A DNA stretch of 64,000 nt from an uncultured Candidatus Rokubacteria bacterium (GTDB lineage Bacteria > Methylomirabilota > Methylomirabilia > Rokubacteriales > CSP1-6): contig CAVWWD010000005.1 of the NCBI GenBank assembly GCA_963758635.1, positions 480,001 to 544,000 on the forward strand, read 5' to 3'. The notes beneath the pieces were generated by a model. The model worked only from the letters and a program-made list of their open reading frames with translations, ran no database searches and was not told where the DNA came from. Positions 37,821 to 48,190 of this stretch are shown one piece after another; the first letter of the stretch is position 1, and each line of letters begins with the position of its first letter. Both the position numbers and the translations under genes were made by a program.

Positions 37821-40295
37821 ATGACCGAGCGCAACGACATCGCCGCCCCCTACGAGAGCCTGGCCGAGATCGCGCAGCTGGTCACCGCCTCGCTCGACCT
37901 TTCGGAGGTGCTCGAGGCCGTCGTGCGGGCCGCGACCGGGCTCGTCCCCGACTCGATCTCGCGCATCTGGAGCCTCGAGGAGGACCGCCTCGTGCTGCGG
38001 GCCGAGGTCAACCTCCGCGTGCCCGGCAGCGGCACGCACCAGCTGGCGATGGGTGAGGGGCTGGTGGGCCACGTGTGGGCGGAAGCCGAGGTGCTCGTCG
38101 TGGACGACGTGATGGCGGACCACCGCCTGGTCAATCGCGAGACGGCCCGAGCCGAGGGGCTCAACTCCTTCGTGGGCATCCCGCTCGTCGCGCACAAGCG
38201 GTTCCAGGGGGTGCTCGCGGTGTTCACGCGCGGCCCGCATCGCTTCAGCGCGGACGAGCTGACCACGCTCATCTCGTTCGGGCAGCAGGCGGCCATCGCG
38301 ATCGAGAACGCGCGCCTCTTCGCGCGCGAGCAGGCTGCGCGCACCGCGGCCGAGGCGTCGCAGCACCGCCTGCGCGACCTCGTGGACCGGATGGACGCCA
38401 TCGTCGCCGAGGCCGACGCCCGGACCTTCCGCTTCTCGTTCGTGAGCCGCTCGGCCGAGACGATCCTCGGCTACCCCATCCAGCAGTGGCTCGACGAGCC
38501 GGACTTCTGGACGCGCCACCTCCATCCCGACGATCGCGACCGCACCGTCGACCGCTGCCTCGTCGAGACACGCGAGGGCCGCGACCACACCCTCGAGTAC
38601 CGGATGGTGGCCGTGGACGGCCGCGTCGTCTGGGTGCGGGACACCGTGCGCGTGGTGCGCGACCCCGAAGGCCGGCCCGCCGCGCTCCAGTGCCTCCTCG
38701 TGGACATCAGCGAGCGCAAGCGCGCGGAGACGCTCCTCGCCAGCGAGAAGCACGTGCTCGAGATGTCGGCATCGGGCGCGCCGCTCTCCGAGGTGCTCGA
38801 CGCCCTGTGCGCCGCCGTCGAGACGCTGTCGGACGGCGCGGTCTGCTCGCTCCTGCTCCGGGACGCCGGCGGCGGGCGCCTCCGCCACGCCGCGGCGCCC
38901 AGCCTGCCCGCCGAGTACGTCGCCGCCATCGACGGCATCCAGATCGGCCCGGACGTGGGCTCGTGCGGCACCGCCGCCCACGAGGGGCGCCCCGTCGTGG
39001 CAGAGGACATCGGGATCGACCCGCGGTGGGACGCCTTCCGGCACCTCGCCCTTCCCCACGGCCTCCGCGCCTGCTGGTCCACGCCCATCTTCGCCCGCGA
39101 CGGCAACGTGCTCGGGACCTTCGCGGTCTACTACCGGACGCCGCGGCGGCCCACGCCGGTCGAGGAGCGGCTCATCGAGCGGGCCACCGACATCGCGGCC
39201 CTCGTCATCGCCCGCGAGCGGGCGGAGCAGGCGCTCCAGGCCCAGGCCGCCGCGCTGGCCGCGAGCGAGGCGCGCCACCGGGCGCTCCTCGCCAACACCC
39301 CCGACGCGGCGTGGTGCATCGACCAGGCGGGGCGCGCGCTCTTCGTGAGTCCGCGCATCGAGGCCGTCACGAGCCTCTCCGCGGCCGAGTTCGCGGCGCG
39401 CGGCCGGCAGGTCTGGCGCGAGCGGGTCCATCCCGACGACGAGCGCGCCATCGACGAGGGGTGGATCGGGCTCTTCGAGGGCGGTGGCACCTACGACGTG
39501 GAGTACCGCTTCTGCCGCAAGGACGGGCGGTGGGTGTGGCTGCACAGCCGGGCGGTGACCATCGACAGCGAGGCCGGCCAGCCCCTCGCCTACGGCGTCG
39601 TCTCCGACATCACGGAGCGGAAGCAGGCGTCGGAGATCCGCGCGCGCCTCCTCAACCAGGCCATCACCGCCCAGGAGGAGGAGCGGCGCCGCATCGCGCG
39701 GGAGCTCCACGACGACACCGCGCAGTCGCTGGCCTCCCTGCTCGTCGGGCTCGACGTGCTCCGGAGCGCGCGCACGCTGAGGGACGCGCGCCGGCAGGCC
39801 CAGGCCCTGCACCGGGTGGCCGCGAGCGCGCTCGACGACGTCCGCCTCCTCGCGCGCGGGCTGCGCCCCTCGGTCCTCGACGACCTGGGCCTGCTGGCCG
39901 CCGCCGAGCGCTACGCGACGGAGTTCCAGAAATCGCGGGGCATCGCCGTCTACGTGCGGGCCTCTGGCGTGGGCAAGCGTCTCCCCGCCTCGGTGGAGAC
40001 CGCCCTGTATCGCATCATGCAGGAGGCGCTGGCCAACGTGGCCAAGCACGCGGGCGCCCGCGCGGCCAGCGTGGTGATCGAGCGCCGCGCCGCCTCGGTG
40101 GCCATGGCGGTGAGCGACGACGGGCACGGGTTCGACGTGGGCGCGGTGCTCGCCGACTCTCAACACGGGGGGCACATGGGTCTGCACGGCATGCGCGAGC
40201 GCGCCCTCCTGCTGGACGGCACGCTCGCGATCAGCTCCGTGCCCGGCGCGGGCACGCGTGTCCTCGCCGAGGTGCCGCTCCTGGAGGGCGCATGA
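37821..40295 (+). CDS. GAF-PAS-GAF-PAS sensor histidine kinase (HisKA_3)
   Basis: ERRRIARELHD, QEALANVAKHA and DDGHGF; HPDD PAS motifs. Confidence 0.93.
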   Translation: MTERNDIAAPYESLAEIAQLVTASLDLSEVLEAVVRAATGLVPDSISRIWSLEEDRLVLRAEVNLRVPGSGTHQLAMGEGLVGHVWAEAEVLVVDDVMADHRLVNRETARAEGLNSFVGIPLVAHKRFQGVLAVFTRGPHRFSADELTTLISFGQQAAIAIENARLFAREQAARTAAEASQHRLRDLVDRMDAIVAEADARTFRFSFVSRSAETILGYPIQQWLDEPDFWTRHLHPDDRDRTVDRCLVETREGRDHTLEYRMVAVDGRVVWVRDTVRVVRDPEGRPAALQCLLVDISERKRAETLLASEKHVLEMSASGAPLSEVLDALCAAVETLSDGAVCSLLLRDAGGGRLRHAAAPSLPAEYVAAIDGIQIGPDVGSCGTAAHEGRPVVAEDIGIDPRWDAFRHLALPHGLRACWSTPIFARDGNVLGTFAVYYRTPRRPTPVEERLIERATDIAALVIARERAEQALQAQAAALAASEARHRALLANTPDAAWCIDQAGRALFVSPRIEAVTSLSAAEFAARGRQVWRERVHPDDERAIDEGWIGLFEGGGTYDVEYRFCRKDGRWVWLHSRAVTIDSEAGQPLAYGVVSDITERKQASEIRARLLNQAITAQEEERRRIARELHDDTAQSLASLLVGLDVLRSARTLRDARRQAQALHRVAASALDDVRLLARGLRPSVLDDLGLLAAAERYATEFQKSRGIAVYVRASGVGKRLPASVETALYRIMQEALANVAKHAGARAASVVIERRAASVAMAVSDDGHGFDVGAVLADSQHGGHMGLHGMRERALLLDGTLAISSVPGAGTRVLAEVPLLEGA

Positions 40296-40978
40296 GAAAG
40301 ATCCGGATCCTCCTCGCCGACGACCACGCCGTCCTCCGCGCGGGCCTCCGCGCCCTCATCGACGCCCAGCCCGACATGCGCGTGGTCGCCGAGGCGGGCG
40401 ACGGCCTCGAGGCCCTCCGCCAGGCGCAGGACACGCACCCGGACGTGGCGATCGTGGACATCTCGATGCCGGAGCTGTCGGGCATCGACGCCATCGAACG
40501 GCTCCGGCGCCGCAGCGCGGGCACCCGCGTGCTCATCCTGACCATGCACGACAACGTCGCGTACGCGCGCGCCGCCCTCGCCGCCGGCGCCTCCGGCCAC
40601 ATCGTGAAGGACGTCGAGGGGGCCGAGCTCCTCACCGCCATCCGGGCCGTGCACCGCGGGCGCACCGTCGTGCACCTCACGCGCGAGGCCGGCGCCACGA
40701 CCACCGCGGTGGCGCCCGAGGAGCCCGGGCCGCGCCCGGTGGGGCCCGACGTGCTGAGCGAGCGGGAGCGCCAGGTCCTGACCCTGGTCGCCCAGGGCCA
40801 CACCAATCGCGAGGTGGCCGACCGCCTGTCGCTGAGCGTGAAGACCGTGGAGACCTACCGCGCGCGGCTCAGCGAGAAGCTCGGCCTCCGGACGCGCGCT
40901 GAGCTCTTCCGCGTCGCCCTGCGCGCGAGCCTCCTGCCCGCCTCCGATCCTCCCGCGCCGGCGCCCGACAGCCCGTAG
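40292..40978 (+). CDS. NarL/LuxR-family response regulator
   Basis: LADDH, DISMP and LSERE...LSVKTVETYR; ATGA overlap with the kinase. Confidence 0.93.
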   Translation: MRKIRILLADDHAVLRAGLRALIDAQPDMRVVAEAGDGLEALRQAQDTHPDVAIVDISMPELSGIDAIERLRRRSAGTRVLILTMHDNVAYARAALAAGASGHIVKDVEGAELLTAIRAVHRGRTVVHLTREAGATTTAVAPEEPGPRPVGPDVLSERERQVLTLVAQGHTNREVADRLSLSVKTVETYRARLSEKLGLRTRAELFRVALRASLLPASDPPAPAPDSP

Positions 40979-41030
40979 CCGCGTCCAGCGTCTCCGCCCG
41001 TGCCGGGGAGTTTCCCCGACACGGGGTCCG

Positions 41031-41249
41031 TGCCACGACCCCTACACCGGCGGCCACTGCGAGCGGCTCCGGCGCTACGCGACGGCGCTCGGCGTGGACA
41101 AGGACACGCTCAAGGCGCTCTGGCTCGCCGGCTACCTGCACGACCTGGGCAAGGTCGCGGTGCCCGACGGCATCCTGCTCAAGCCCGGCAAGCTCTGCAC
41201 CACCTTCGAGGCCGTCCTGCGCGAGGGAGGCGCGGGCGTCCTCCGCTGA
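41031..41249 (+). pseudogene. HD-GYP phosphodiesterase fragment
   Basis: HDPYTGGHCERL...YLHDLGKVAVPDGILLKPGKL then an early stop; no start codon at the 5' end and no GYP motif. Confidence 0.75.
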
Positions 41250-41292
41250 CCGACCCGGACGCCGCTACGGCTCCCGGCCCCGCCGACCGCGG

Positions 41293-41732
41293 TCACTCGG
41301 GAGCGGGAGCGGTCACCGACTCCGCCACCCAGCCCTCGCGGCCGTCGGCCAGGCGGACGCGATACCACTGGTTGCGCGCCTCGAGGACGTCGACGCGCGT
41401 GCCCTTCCGGAGGACGGCGACAATGCGGCCGCTCGTCCCCGGAGCCGCGCGGAAGTTGGCGAGGGACGTTTTGATGAAGACCGCGCGGGCCGATTCCATC
41501 GGCGCCTGCTCGGACGGCCCCGGCGCGGGCGCCGGCGGGGTGGGAGCGGGAGCCGCCGGGGCGGGAGCGGGGGCCGGAACTGGGGCCTGAGGCGCGGGAG
41601 CGGGGGCCGCCGGGGTGGGAGCGGGGGGGCCGGTTGCGCGGTCGCGTCGTCGCCCTTCGCCGGCTTCGTCGACTCGCAGCCGGCGAGGCCGAGCGCGGCG
41701 AGGCCGAATGCCACCAGCAGCACGATCGTCAC
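41293..41732 (-). CDS. SH3b-domain lipoprotein with a Pro/Ala linker (frameshift in G run near 41625)
   Basis: LAGC lipobox; ANFRAAPG...WYRVRLADGREGWVAES. Confidence 0.8.
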
Positions 41733-41953
41733 TTGGGACCCTCCCGGCGAAAGCGCGGCTCCACGAGACCCGCCAAACCCGCGTGCATCCTAGCACGGCC
41801 CGGCGCCACCGCCCGTCCACACGGTGGCGCGTTGCGATGCACCGGGCGACGCCGTTCGCCGACGAGATGGACCGGCGCGAGCTCCGGCGCGTGACGACGC
41901 TGGACCTGCCCGATCCCGTTCCCGCCTGACCGCCGTCCGGCGGCGGGCCCGCG

Positions 41954-42316
41954 TCAGCGGGAGAAGATGCGGGCCTTGATCCGCGGCGGGACCCACCGGG
42001 AGAGCCGGTGGGCGACGCGGGCGGTGGCCTCGAGGGAGCTCGGGCTGCCCGGCCAGTAACGGAGCAGGATCGAGCGGTCCACGAGGCCCAGGACCCCGTC
42101 CAGCACGACCGCGGCCAGCAGCAGGTCGTCCACGTACCCCAGGAACGGGATCAGATCCGGGATGAGATCGATCGGGCTCGCCAGGTAGAGGGCGAGCGCG
42201 CCCAGCGCCACCTTCGCCGCACTCGGCACATCGGGGTCGCGCACGATCGCCGCCACCATCCGCGCCAGGCGCGGAACGAGCAGCGCCAGGTCCTTCACCA
42301 GCGTCAGGCGTGCGAT
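41954..42316 (-). CDS. DUF1232/YkvA family membrane protein
   Basis: YLASPIDLIPDLIPFLGYVDD; start codon uncertain. Confidence 0.85.
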   Translation of the reverse strand: MARLTLVKDLALLVPRLARMVAAIVRDPDVPSAAKVALGALALYLASPIDLIPDLIPFLGYVDDLLLAAVVLDGVLGLVDRSILLRYWPGSPSSLEATARVAHRLSRWVPPRIKARIFSR

Positions 42317-44331
42317 CGCGGAGCCTCCGGCTCGAGGCCGTCGGCCAGGAGCTCGGCGATGTCGCGGGTCTTGATGCGGTCGCCCACGTCCTTGGCCTTC
42401 ACGCCGTCCTCGAACATGGTCAGGCAGAACGGGCAGGCCGAGGCGAGCACCTCCGGGTTCACCGCCATCGCCTGCTCCACCCGGACCTGGTTGACCCGGC
42501 GCCCCTCCGTCTCCTCCATCCACGCGCGCCCGCCGCCACCGCCGCAGCACATGCCGCGCGAGCGCGACAGCTCCATCTCGACCATCTCGGGCCGGCCGAT
42601 CGAGGCGATCACGCGGCGCGGCTGGTCGTAGATGTCGTTGTAGCGCCCGAGGTTGCACGCGTCGTGGTACGTCACCCGCCGCGCGCCCTCGCGCACCGGG
42701 CGGAGCCGGCCCGACGCCACCAGCTCGTCCAGCAGCTCGCTGTGGTGGATCACGGCGAAGCGGCCGTCGAAGTCCGGGTACTCGTTCTTGATGGTGTTGA
42801 AGCAGTGCGGGCAGGCCGTCACGATCTTCTGGAACCGGTACTGCTTGAGGGTCTCCACGTTGCCCTGGGCGAGCGTCTGGTAGAGGTACTCGTGGCCGAG
42901 GCGCCGCGCCGGCTCGCCCGAGCACTTCTCCTCGTTGCCGAGGATCGCGAAGTCCACGCCCGCGGCCTGCAAGAGCTTGACGAACGCCCGCGCGACCTTG
43001 CGGTTCCGCTCGTCGAACGAGCCGTAGCAGCCCACCCAGTAGAGGTACTCCGCCTCCGCCACGTCGGCCATGACGCGCACGCCGAGGTCGGCGGCCCAGT
43101 CCGCGCGCGTCTGCCACGCCATCGAGAAGGGGCTGCCGTTGTTCTCGAGGTTGCGGAACGTGGGGGCCAGCTCCGCGGGGAAGCGGGACTCGGTGAGGAC
43201 CAGCCAGCGCCGCATGTCGACGATCTTCGGCACGTGCTCGATGAAGACGGGGCAGGCCTCCACGCACCAGCGGCACATGGTGCAGGCCCAGAGCACGTTG
43301 TCCTTGATGACCCCGCCGACCATCGGCGCGGCGTGCCCGTTGCCCGCCTGGCCCTGGGCGGGCGCCGCGGCGCGGTGGGCCGCGCCCTCCAGGAGGTAGT
43401 CCTGGAGGTTCAGGATGAGCATCTTCGGGTCGAGCTCCTTGCCGCTCATGTTGGCCGGGCACCGCGAGGTGCACCGGCCGCATTCCGTGCAGTTGTAGAG
43501 GTCGAACAGGTCCTTCCAGGTGAGGTCGCTCAGCGCCCCGGCGCCGAACGTCTCGGAGTTCTCGAGGTCCGGCGTGGAGAACCGGCCCTTGGGCGGCAAG
43601 GGCGCGAAGAACACGTTGAACGGCGCGGCGAGCACGTGCAGGTGCTTCGAGTACGGCAGCCAGACGAGGAAGCCCAGCAGCAGGGCCCCGTGCAGCCACC
43701 ACGAGACGTGGAAGACACCGGTCAGCGCCACCGGCGAGAGCGCCGCGAACAGGCGGGCGAGCGCGCTGGCCGCGAAGGCCCAGTGGTCGTGGGGGGCGGG
43801 GGCCAGCGCGATCCGGCCGGCGTCCGCGGCGAGGTCCGTGACCATGAGGCCGAAGATGAGAGCCAGGATGAACAGGCCCTCGGGCGTGAGCGTGAGCCGC
43901 CGCGGGCGCGTGACCAGCCGGCGGAACGCCGCGTACCCGACGGCCAGGATCACGGCCACGCTGAAGACGTCCTGGAGGATCAGGTAGCCGGGGGTGTCGG
44001 ACAGGAACGGCAGCCCGAACCACTCGACGAAGCCGCGGCCGAAGTACTCGACGGTGCCGAGGGTGAGGACGATGAAGCCCCAGAAGATCACCGCGTGCAT
44101 GACCCCGGGCGCGAAATCGCCGCTGATCAGCCGGAGCTGCCCGAGCACGTACACCATCACGCCGCGCAGGCGCGCGGGCACGGCGTCCCAGCGCACGGTG
44201 GGCTTGCCCGTCAGCAGGAGCCGGACGAGATACGCGGCGCGCCGCGCGAACAGCGCCAGGGCCACGACGATCATCGCGAGGAAGATCAGCTGGCCAGGAA
44301 CGATCCCGTACCACTGATGGGATGGCAACAT
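42304..44331 (-). CDS. Membrane Fe-S oxidoreductase (FadF/Hdr-like, CCG domains)
   Basis: TM region with SKHLH; CTECGRC...CP, CTMCRWC...CP, ACPHC and CCGGGG motifs. Confidence 0.9.
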   Translation of the reverse strand: MLPSHQWYGIVPGQLIFLAMIVVALALFARRAAYLVRLLLTGKPTVRWDAVPARLRGVMVYVLGQLRLISGDFAPGVMHAVIFWGFIVLTLGTVEYFGRGFVEWFGLPFLSDTPGYLILQDVFSVAVILAVGYAAFRRLVTRPRRLTLTPEGLFILALIFGLMVTDLAADAGRIALAPAPHDHWAFAASALARLFAALSPVALTGVFHVSWWLHGALLLGFLVWLPYSKHLHVLAAPFNVFFAPLPPKGRFSTPDLENSETFGAGALSDLTWKDLFDLYNCTECGRCTSRCPANMSGKELDPKMLILNLQDYLLEGAAHRAAAPAQGQAGNGHAAPMVGGVIKDNVLWACTMCRWCVEACPVFIEHVPKIVDMRRWLVLTESRFPAELAPTFRNLENNGSPFSMAWQTRADWAADLGVRVMADVAEAEYLYWVGCYGSFDERNRKVARAFVKLLQAAGVDFAILGNEEKCSGEPARRLGHEYLYQTLAQGNVETLKQYRFQKIVTACPHCFNTIKNEYPDFDGRFAVIHHSELLDELVASGRLRPVREGARRVTYHDACNLGRYNDIYDQPRRVIASIGRPEMVEMELSRSRGMCCGGGGGRAWMEETEGRRVNQVRVEQAMAVNPEVLASACPFCLTMFEDGVKAKDVGDRIKTRDIAELLADGLEPEAPRSHA

Positions 44332-44351
44332 TCAGGTCCTCTGTCGAAATC

Positions 44352-44439
44352 GTGAATGAATGGCGCAATGGCACGCCGCGTGTCCGCAGAAGCGCCGTGT
44401 TTGCCCGCTCGCTGAAGCCGAACTCCGCATTCCTTTCAC
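44352..44439 (+). repeat. Family B element, copy 3
   Basis: GTGAATGAATGGCG...CGCAGAAGCGC...CATTCCTTTCAC. Confidence 0.85.
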
Positions 44440-44631
44440 GACCTCTACCGGAGAAGTGCGTGCAAGGTCACGAGATCCTCGCCGGTCTCGCCGTACATTG
44501 GCCTCGCCCCTGGAGAATGTCAAGACCGCGGGGGGTGCTGCGGCGGGGGCGCGGCGGCGCGCGCGCCGCGGAGCGCGCCACCGGGACCGGGGCGAGGCCG
44601 GCAGACGCGCCGGCCCCGCCCCGCCGGCTAC

Positions 44632-44710
44632 TGACCCTCGAAGAATTCGGTAACCGCCACGGACCTCTACAGTCCCACCGATCGGCCCTCGTCTGATGCG
44701 CGGGGCTCTA
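44632..44710 (+). repeat. Family C element, copy 3
   Basis: TGACCCTCGAAGAATTCGGTAACCGCCACGG...GTCTGATGCGCGGGGCTCTA. Confidence 0.85.
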
Positions 44711-45355
44711 CTGTCGGACGAAGGTGAGGTCCGTCTCGAGCTGGATGTCGTTGGCCACCTTCAGGAACAGGAGCTGCGGGATCTGCATGCCGTGGTTCGT
44801 GAAGGTCGTGCCGAGCTTCGCGCGCACCTTGATGTTCTCGCCCGCGAACCCGAAGCGCTTCTGCCCCTCCACCTGCTCGGGCGTGAGCTTGATGTAGGTC
44901 ACGGTGGCGTCGGCCACGATGTCGACGGGCTTCTGCTTGATCGTGAGCGTCCCGCGCACCTTCGCCGGCGTGTCCTTCCCGGGCTGGAGCGGGCCCGCGA
45001 TGTCCACGCCCTTGACGTCGAACACGGCCCAGCGGTTGGCCTCCACCTCGGTGTCGAGGTAGTTCTTCGAGCGCATGTCGGCGTCGCGACGCTCGATCCC
45101 CGTCTTCACGGCGTTCAGGTCGACGCGCACCGTGCCCTTGGCGTCCTGCGGGCGGGCCGGGTCCAGGGTGATCGATCCCTGGACGCCGTCGGCCGCGGTG
45201 TTGCCGACGAACGTCTCGAGCGGCGCGTCGGACTTGAAGGTCGCCCGCGAGTAGTTGGGGAGGAGCTTGTAGGGGGCGGTGTCGGCGGCGACCGGCATGG
45301 GGGCCGCGGCCGCGACCACCGTCATCGAGACCACCAGGCAGAGCGTTCGCATCAT
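44708..45355 (-). CDS. YceI family protein
   Basis: Signal peptide; KTGIERRDADMRSKNYLD and GTLTIK. Confidence 0.85.
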   Translation of the reverse strand: MMRTLCLVVSMTVVAAAAPMPVAADTAPYKLLPNYSRATFKSDAPLETFVGNTAADGVQGSITLDPARPQDAKGTVRVDLNAVKTGIERRDADMRSKNYLDTEVEANRWAVFDVKGVDIAGPLQPGKDTPAKVRGTLTIKQKPVDIVADATVTYIKLTPEQVEGQKRFGFAGENIKVRAKLGTTFTNHGMQIPQLLFLKVANDIQLETDLTFVRQ

Positions 45356-45442
45356 CGTTTCCTCCTCCGATTGGACGGGAACGTCACGCCCGGGCCGCCG
45401 CGAGGACACGCGCGGCGCTCCGGCGACCCGGGCGCGTGTGCC

Positions 45443-45928
45443 TTACCGCTGCTGGGGCGGCGGGACGCGGAACGGCGTGTGGCACGCCCCGCAGGCGTTG
45501 CGTCCGAAGTTCTGCATGGCCGCCTGCACGGCCGCCTGATCCTTGCTGCGGGCCGCGTCGCGGAGCTTCTCGGACTCGACCACCATCGCCCTGGACGCGG
45601 CCTCGAACTCCGGCCACTTCTGCCAGATCTCCGGCTTGGCCTTCGACTTCTCGGTAAGCGAGCCCTGCGGGAACATCGACGGGATGTGCTGCGCGTTGAT
45701 CGCCATCGTCTCGGCGTTCACCGCGATGGCTTCGAAGTTGCCGGCCTTGCCCTTCGCCTGGGCGTCCGCCCAGCTCGCGCCGTTCAGCTTCATCAAGCGC
45801 TGGCGATCGGCCACGATGTCGCCCGACCCGACCATGGCCGTCTTCTTCTCGCCGCCCGCGCATCCGGCCAGCGCGACGGCGATCAAACCGCAGAGCACCA
45901 CGCCTCGGCGAACCGCTGGCTGTCTCAT
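45443..45928 (-). CDS. Cytochrome c' (class II), lipoprotein
   Basis: LAGC lipobox; RQRLMK, AKPEIW and C-terminal CGACH. Confidence 0.9.
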   Translation of the reverse strand: MRQPAVRRGVVLCGLIAVALAGCAGGEKKTAMVGSGDIVADRQRLMKLNGASWADAQAKGKAGNFEAIAVNAETMAINAQHIPSMFPQGSLTEKSKAKPEIWQKWPEFEAASRAMVVESEKLRDAARSKDQAAVQAAMQNFGRNACGACHTPFRVPPPQQR

Positions 45929-45963
45929 GTCCCCTCCCCTGTGAGAGTGCACTGCACGGGTTG

Positions 45964-46845
45964 TCACTTCCCGATCTTGTTCTTCACCGGCGGGATCGAC
46001 TTCAGGTAGTGGGCGATGGCGAGCAGGTCGGCCTTCGTCATGTCCTTGTACCCGGCCGTCGTGCCGTTGATGACCTCGCCCATCAGGCCTCCCGACACGT
46101 CGCCGTCGGGCTTGTTGCCGGTCTTCAGGTACTCGGCGATCTGGTCGACCGTCCACGTGAGGCCGGTCTCCTTGTCCGGGGTGATGTTCGGCACCTCGGA
46201 GTCCTCGGGGCCCTTGGCGTTGCCGGCGAGGAAGCGGGAGTTGTCCGTGGCCATCGTCATGGTCCGCGGGGTGTGACACTCGCCGCAGTGTCCCACCGCC
46301 CGCACCAGGTACTCGCCGCGGGCCACGCCGGTGGCGGGCGCGGTGGGCGGCGGCGTCTCGCGGGGGGCGAAGGCGGCGAGCCAGGCGGGGAGGAACACGC
46401 TCTCGAAGAGCGGCACCGTGATCCGCTTCGGCTGGTTCTGCCGCTTCACCGCCGGCAGCGTGCGCAGGTACGCGGTGACCGCCTTGAGGTCCTCGGCGGC
46501 CATCCCGTTGAAGACGGTGTACGGGTGCACGGGGAGGATCCGGTCGCCGTTCGGCCGGCGGCCGGCCCGGATGGCCGTGATGATCTGGTCGTCCGTCCAG
46601 GAGCCGATCCCGGTCTCCCGGTCGGGCGTGATGTTGGTCGCGTAGACGGTGCCGAAGGGGCCGTCGTACCGGCGGCCGCCGGCGTTGACGGCATCCTTGG
46701 GCTTCGTGTGGCAGCCGCAGCCCCCGGTGGCGCCGAAGACGTACTTGCCGCGCGCGAGCTCGGCGGCCGACGGGGCCTGCGCCCAGGCCGGGGCGGCGAG
46801 GGCGATGACGGAGAGGGCCAGCAGTGCTCCGGCGGCGGATCGCAT
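45964..46845 (-). CDS. Diheme cytochrome c
   Basis: CGCH and CGECH; NITPD repeats; TGIGSW. Confidence 0.88.
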   Translation of the reverse strand: MRSAAGALLALSVIALAAPAWAQAPSAAELARGKYVFGATGGCGCHTKPKDAVNAGGRRYDGPFGTVYATNITPDRETGIGSWTDDQIITAIRAGRRPNGDRILPVHPYTVFNGMAAEDLKAVTAYLRTLPAVKRQNQPKRITVPLFESVFLPAWLAAFAPRETPPPTAPATGVARGEYLVRAVGHCGECHTPRTMTMATDNSRFLAGNAKGPEDSEVPNITPDKETGLTWTVDQIAEYLKTGNKPDGDVSGGLMGEVINGTTAGYKDMTKADLLAIAHYLKSIPPVKNKIGK

Positions 46846-46895
46846 ACGACCGTTACCAGAACCTCCGGGAGGGCGGATCGGTTCCCCAGCCGGGC

Positions 46896-47375
46896 CTAGC
46901 TTCGCCCGCCGGATGGGGCAGCCTGCAGAGGCGCCTCCATGACGAGGGCATCCTCCCCGGTGTCGAAGTAGTACCCCTTGCGCCGGCCGATGACGCGGAA
47001 GCCGAGGCTCTCGTAGAGCTTGAGGGCCTCCTCGTTGGTGGGGCGCACCTCGAGGAAGACCATGTCGAGCGTCCGGCTGCGGGCGTCCTCGAGGACGCTG
47101 CCCAGGAGCAGCCGGGCCAGCCCGCGGCGGCGACGGGCGGGATCGACGGCGAGGTTCGTGATGTGGACCTCCCGGCCGATCTCCCAGAGGCAGAGGTAGC
47201 CGGAGAGGACGCGCCCCTCGCGCACGACGAGGCACCGGGCCACGCGGTTCTGGGTGAGCTCGTAGCGGAACGCGCCGCGGGACCACGGCGTCTGGAACGA
47301 GAGCCGCTCGATGGCGAGCACCTCGTCGAGGTCGTCGACGGCCATCGGGTCGATGACCGGGGCCACCTCAGCCAC
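46896..47375 (-). CDS. rimI: Ribosomal protein alanine N-acetyltransferase
   Basis: HITNLAV, LEVRPTN and RKGYY...EDALVM; follows tsaB. Confidence 0.92.
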   Translation of the reverse strand: MAEVAPVIDPMAVDDLDEVLAIERLSFQTPWSRGAFRYELTQNRVARCLVVREGRVLSGYLCLWEIGREVHITNLAVDPARRRRGLARLLLGSVLEDARSRTLDMVFLEVRPTNEEALKLYESLGFRVIGRRKGYYFDTGEDALVMEAPLQAAPSGGRS

Positions 47376-48051
47376 GACGCGCCTTGAGCTCGGCCTCGGA
47401 GGGCCGGAGGTAGAACGGGGTGAGGGCGGAGGCGGCGACCGCTCGCCCGGCCTCGAGCAGGGCGCGGCCGAGCTGGCCCACCGCGGCGGGCGAAGGCAGC
47501 CGCTGCGCCGGGGGCGCGATCCGCACGGAGTCGCCGCGCGACTCGAGATACGGTCGGCACGACGTCACGCCGTCGCCCAGCACGATCACCGGCTCGGGGA
47601 GCCGCGCCGCCGCGATCTCCGGCGGCAGGGCCTCGTACTCCCACTCGCGCACCATGCGGTCGCGGCGCCACCGGTATAGGCAGCAGTAGACCTCGCCCTT
47701 GCGCGCGTCGAGGAGCGGACAGACTGGCGCGTCGGCGAACGGCAGGATGGCGGCGAGCGCGTCGAGCGTGGGCACGGGCGCGACGGGCAGCCCGAGCGTG
47801 ACGGCCAGGCCCTTGGCGGTGGCGATGCCCACGCGGAGCCCGGTGAACGACCCCGGCCCGACCGACACCGCGAGGCCCTCGAGGTCCTTCACGGTCCACC
47901 CGGCATCGCCGAGCAGGCGGTCGACCGCGACCATCAGCCGCTCGGAGTGGGTGAGCGCGATGTTCGTGCGGCTCTCGCCGACCACGACGTCGCCGTCCAG
48001 GAGCGCCGCGCCACCCGCCAGGGTCGCGCTCTCGAGCGCCAGGATGCGCAT
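47368..48051 (-). CDS. tsaB: tRNA threonylcarbamoyladenosine biosynthesis protein
   Basis: MRILALES, HSERL, GPGSFTGLRVG and DARKGEVY motifs. Confidence 0.95.
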   Translation of the reverse strand: MRILALESATLAGGAALLDGDVVVGESRTNIALTHSERLMVAVDRLLGDAGWTVKDLEGLAVSVGPGSFTGLRVGIATAKGLAVTLGLPVAPVPTLDALAAILPFADAPVCPLLDARKGEVYCCLYRWRRDRMVREWEYEALPPEIAAARLPEPVIVLGDGVTSCRPYLESRGDSVRIAPPAQRLPSPAAVGQLGRALLEAGRAVAASALTPFYLRPSEAELKARRG

Positions 48052-48190
48052 GGCGGCGCTCAGTGTATCACGCGGGTCCCGGCGCGACGCGTCGGGCATC
48101 TTTCGAGTTGACAACTCCGCGGGCCCGCCGCCATGCTGGCCTCGCGCGACGCCCTCGCCGACCCGCGCGACCACCGACGCAGGAGGTGTC

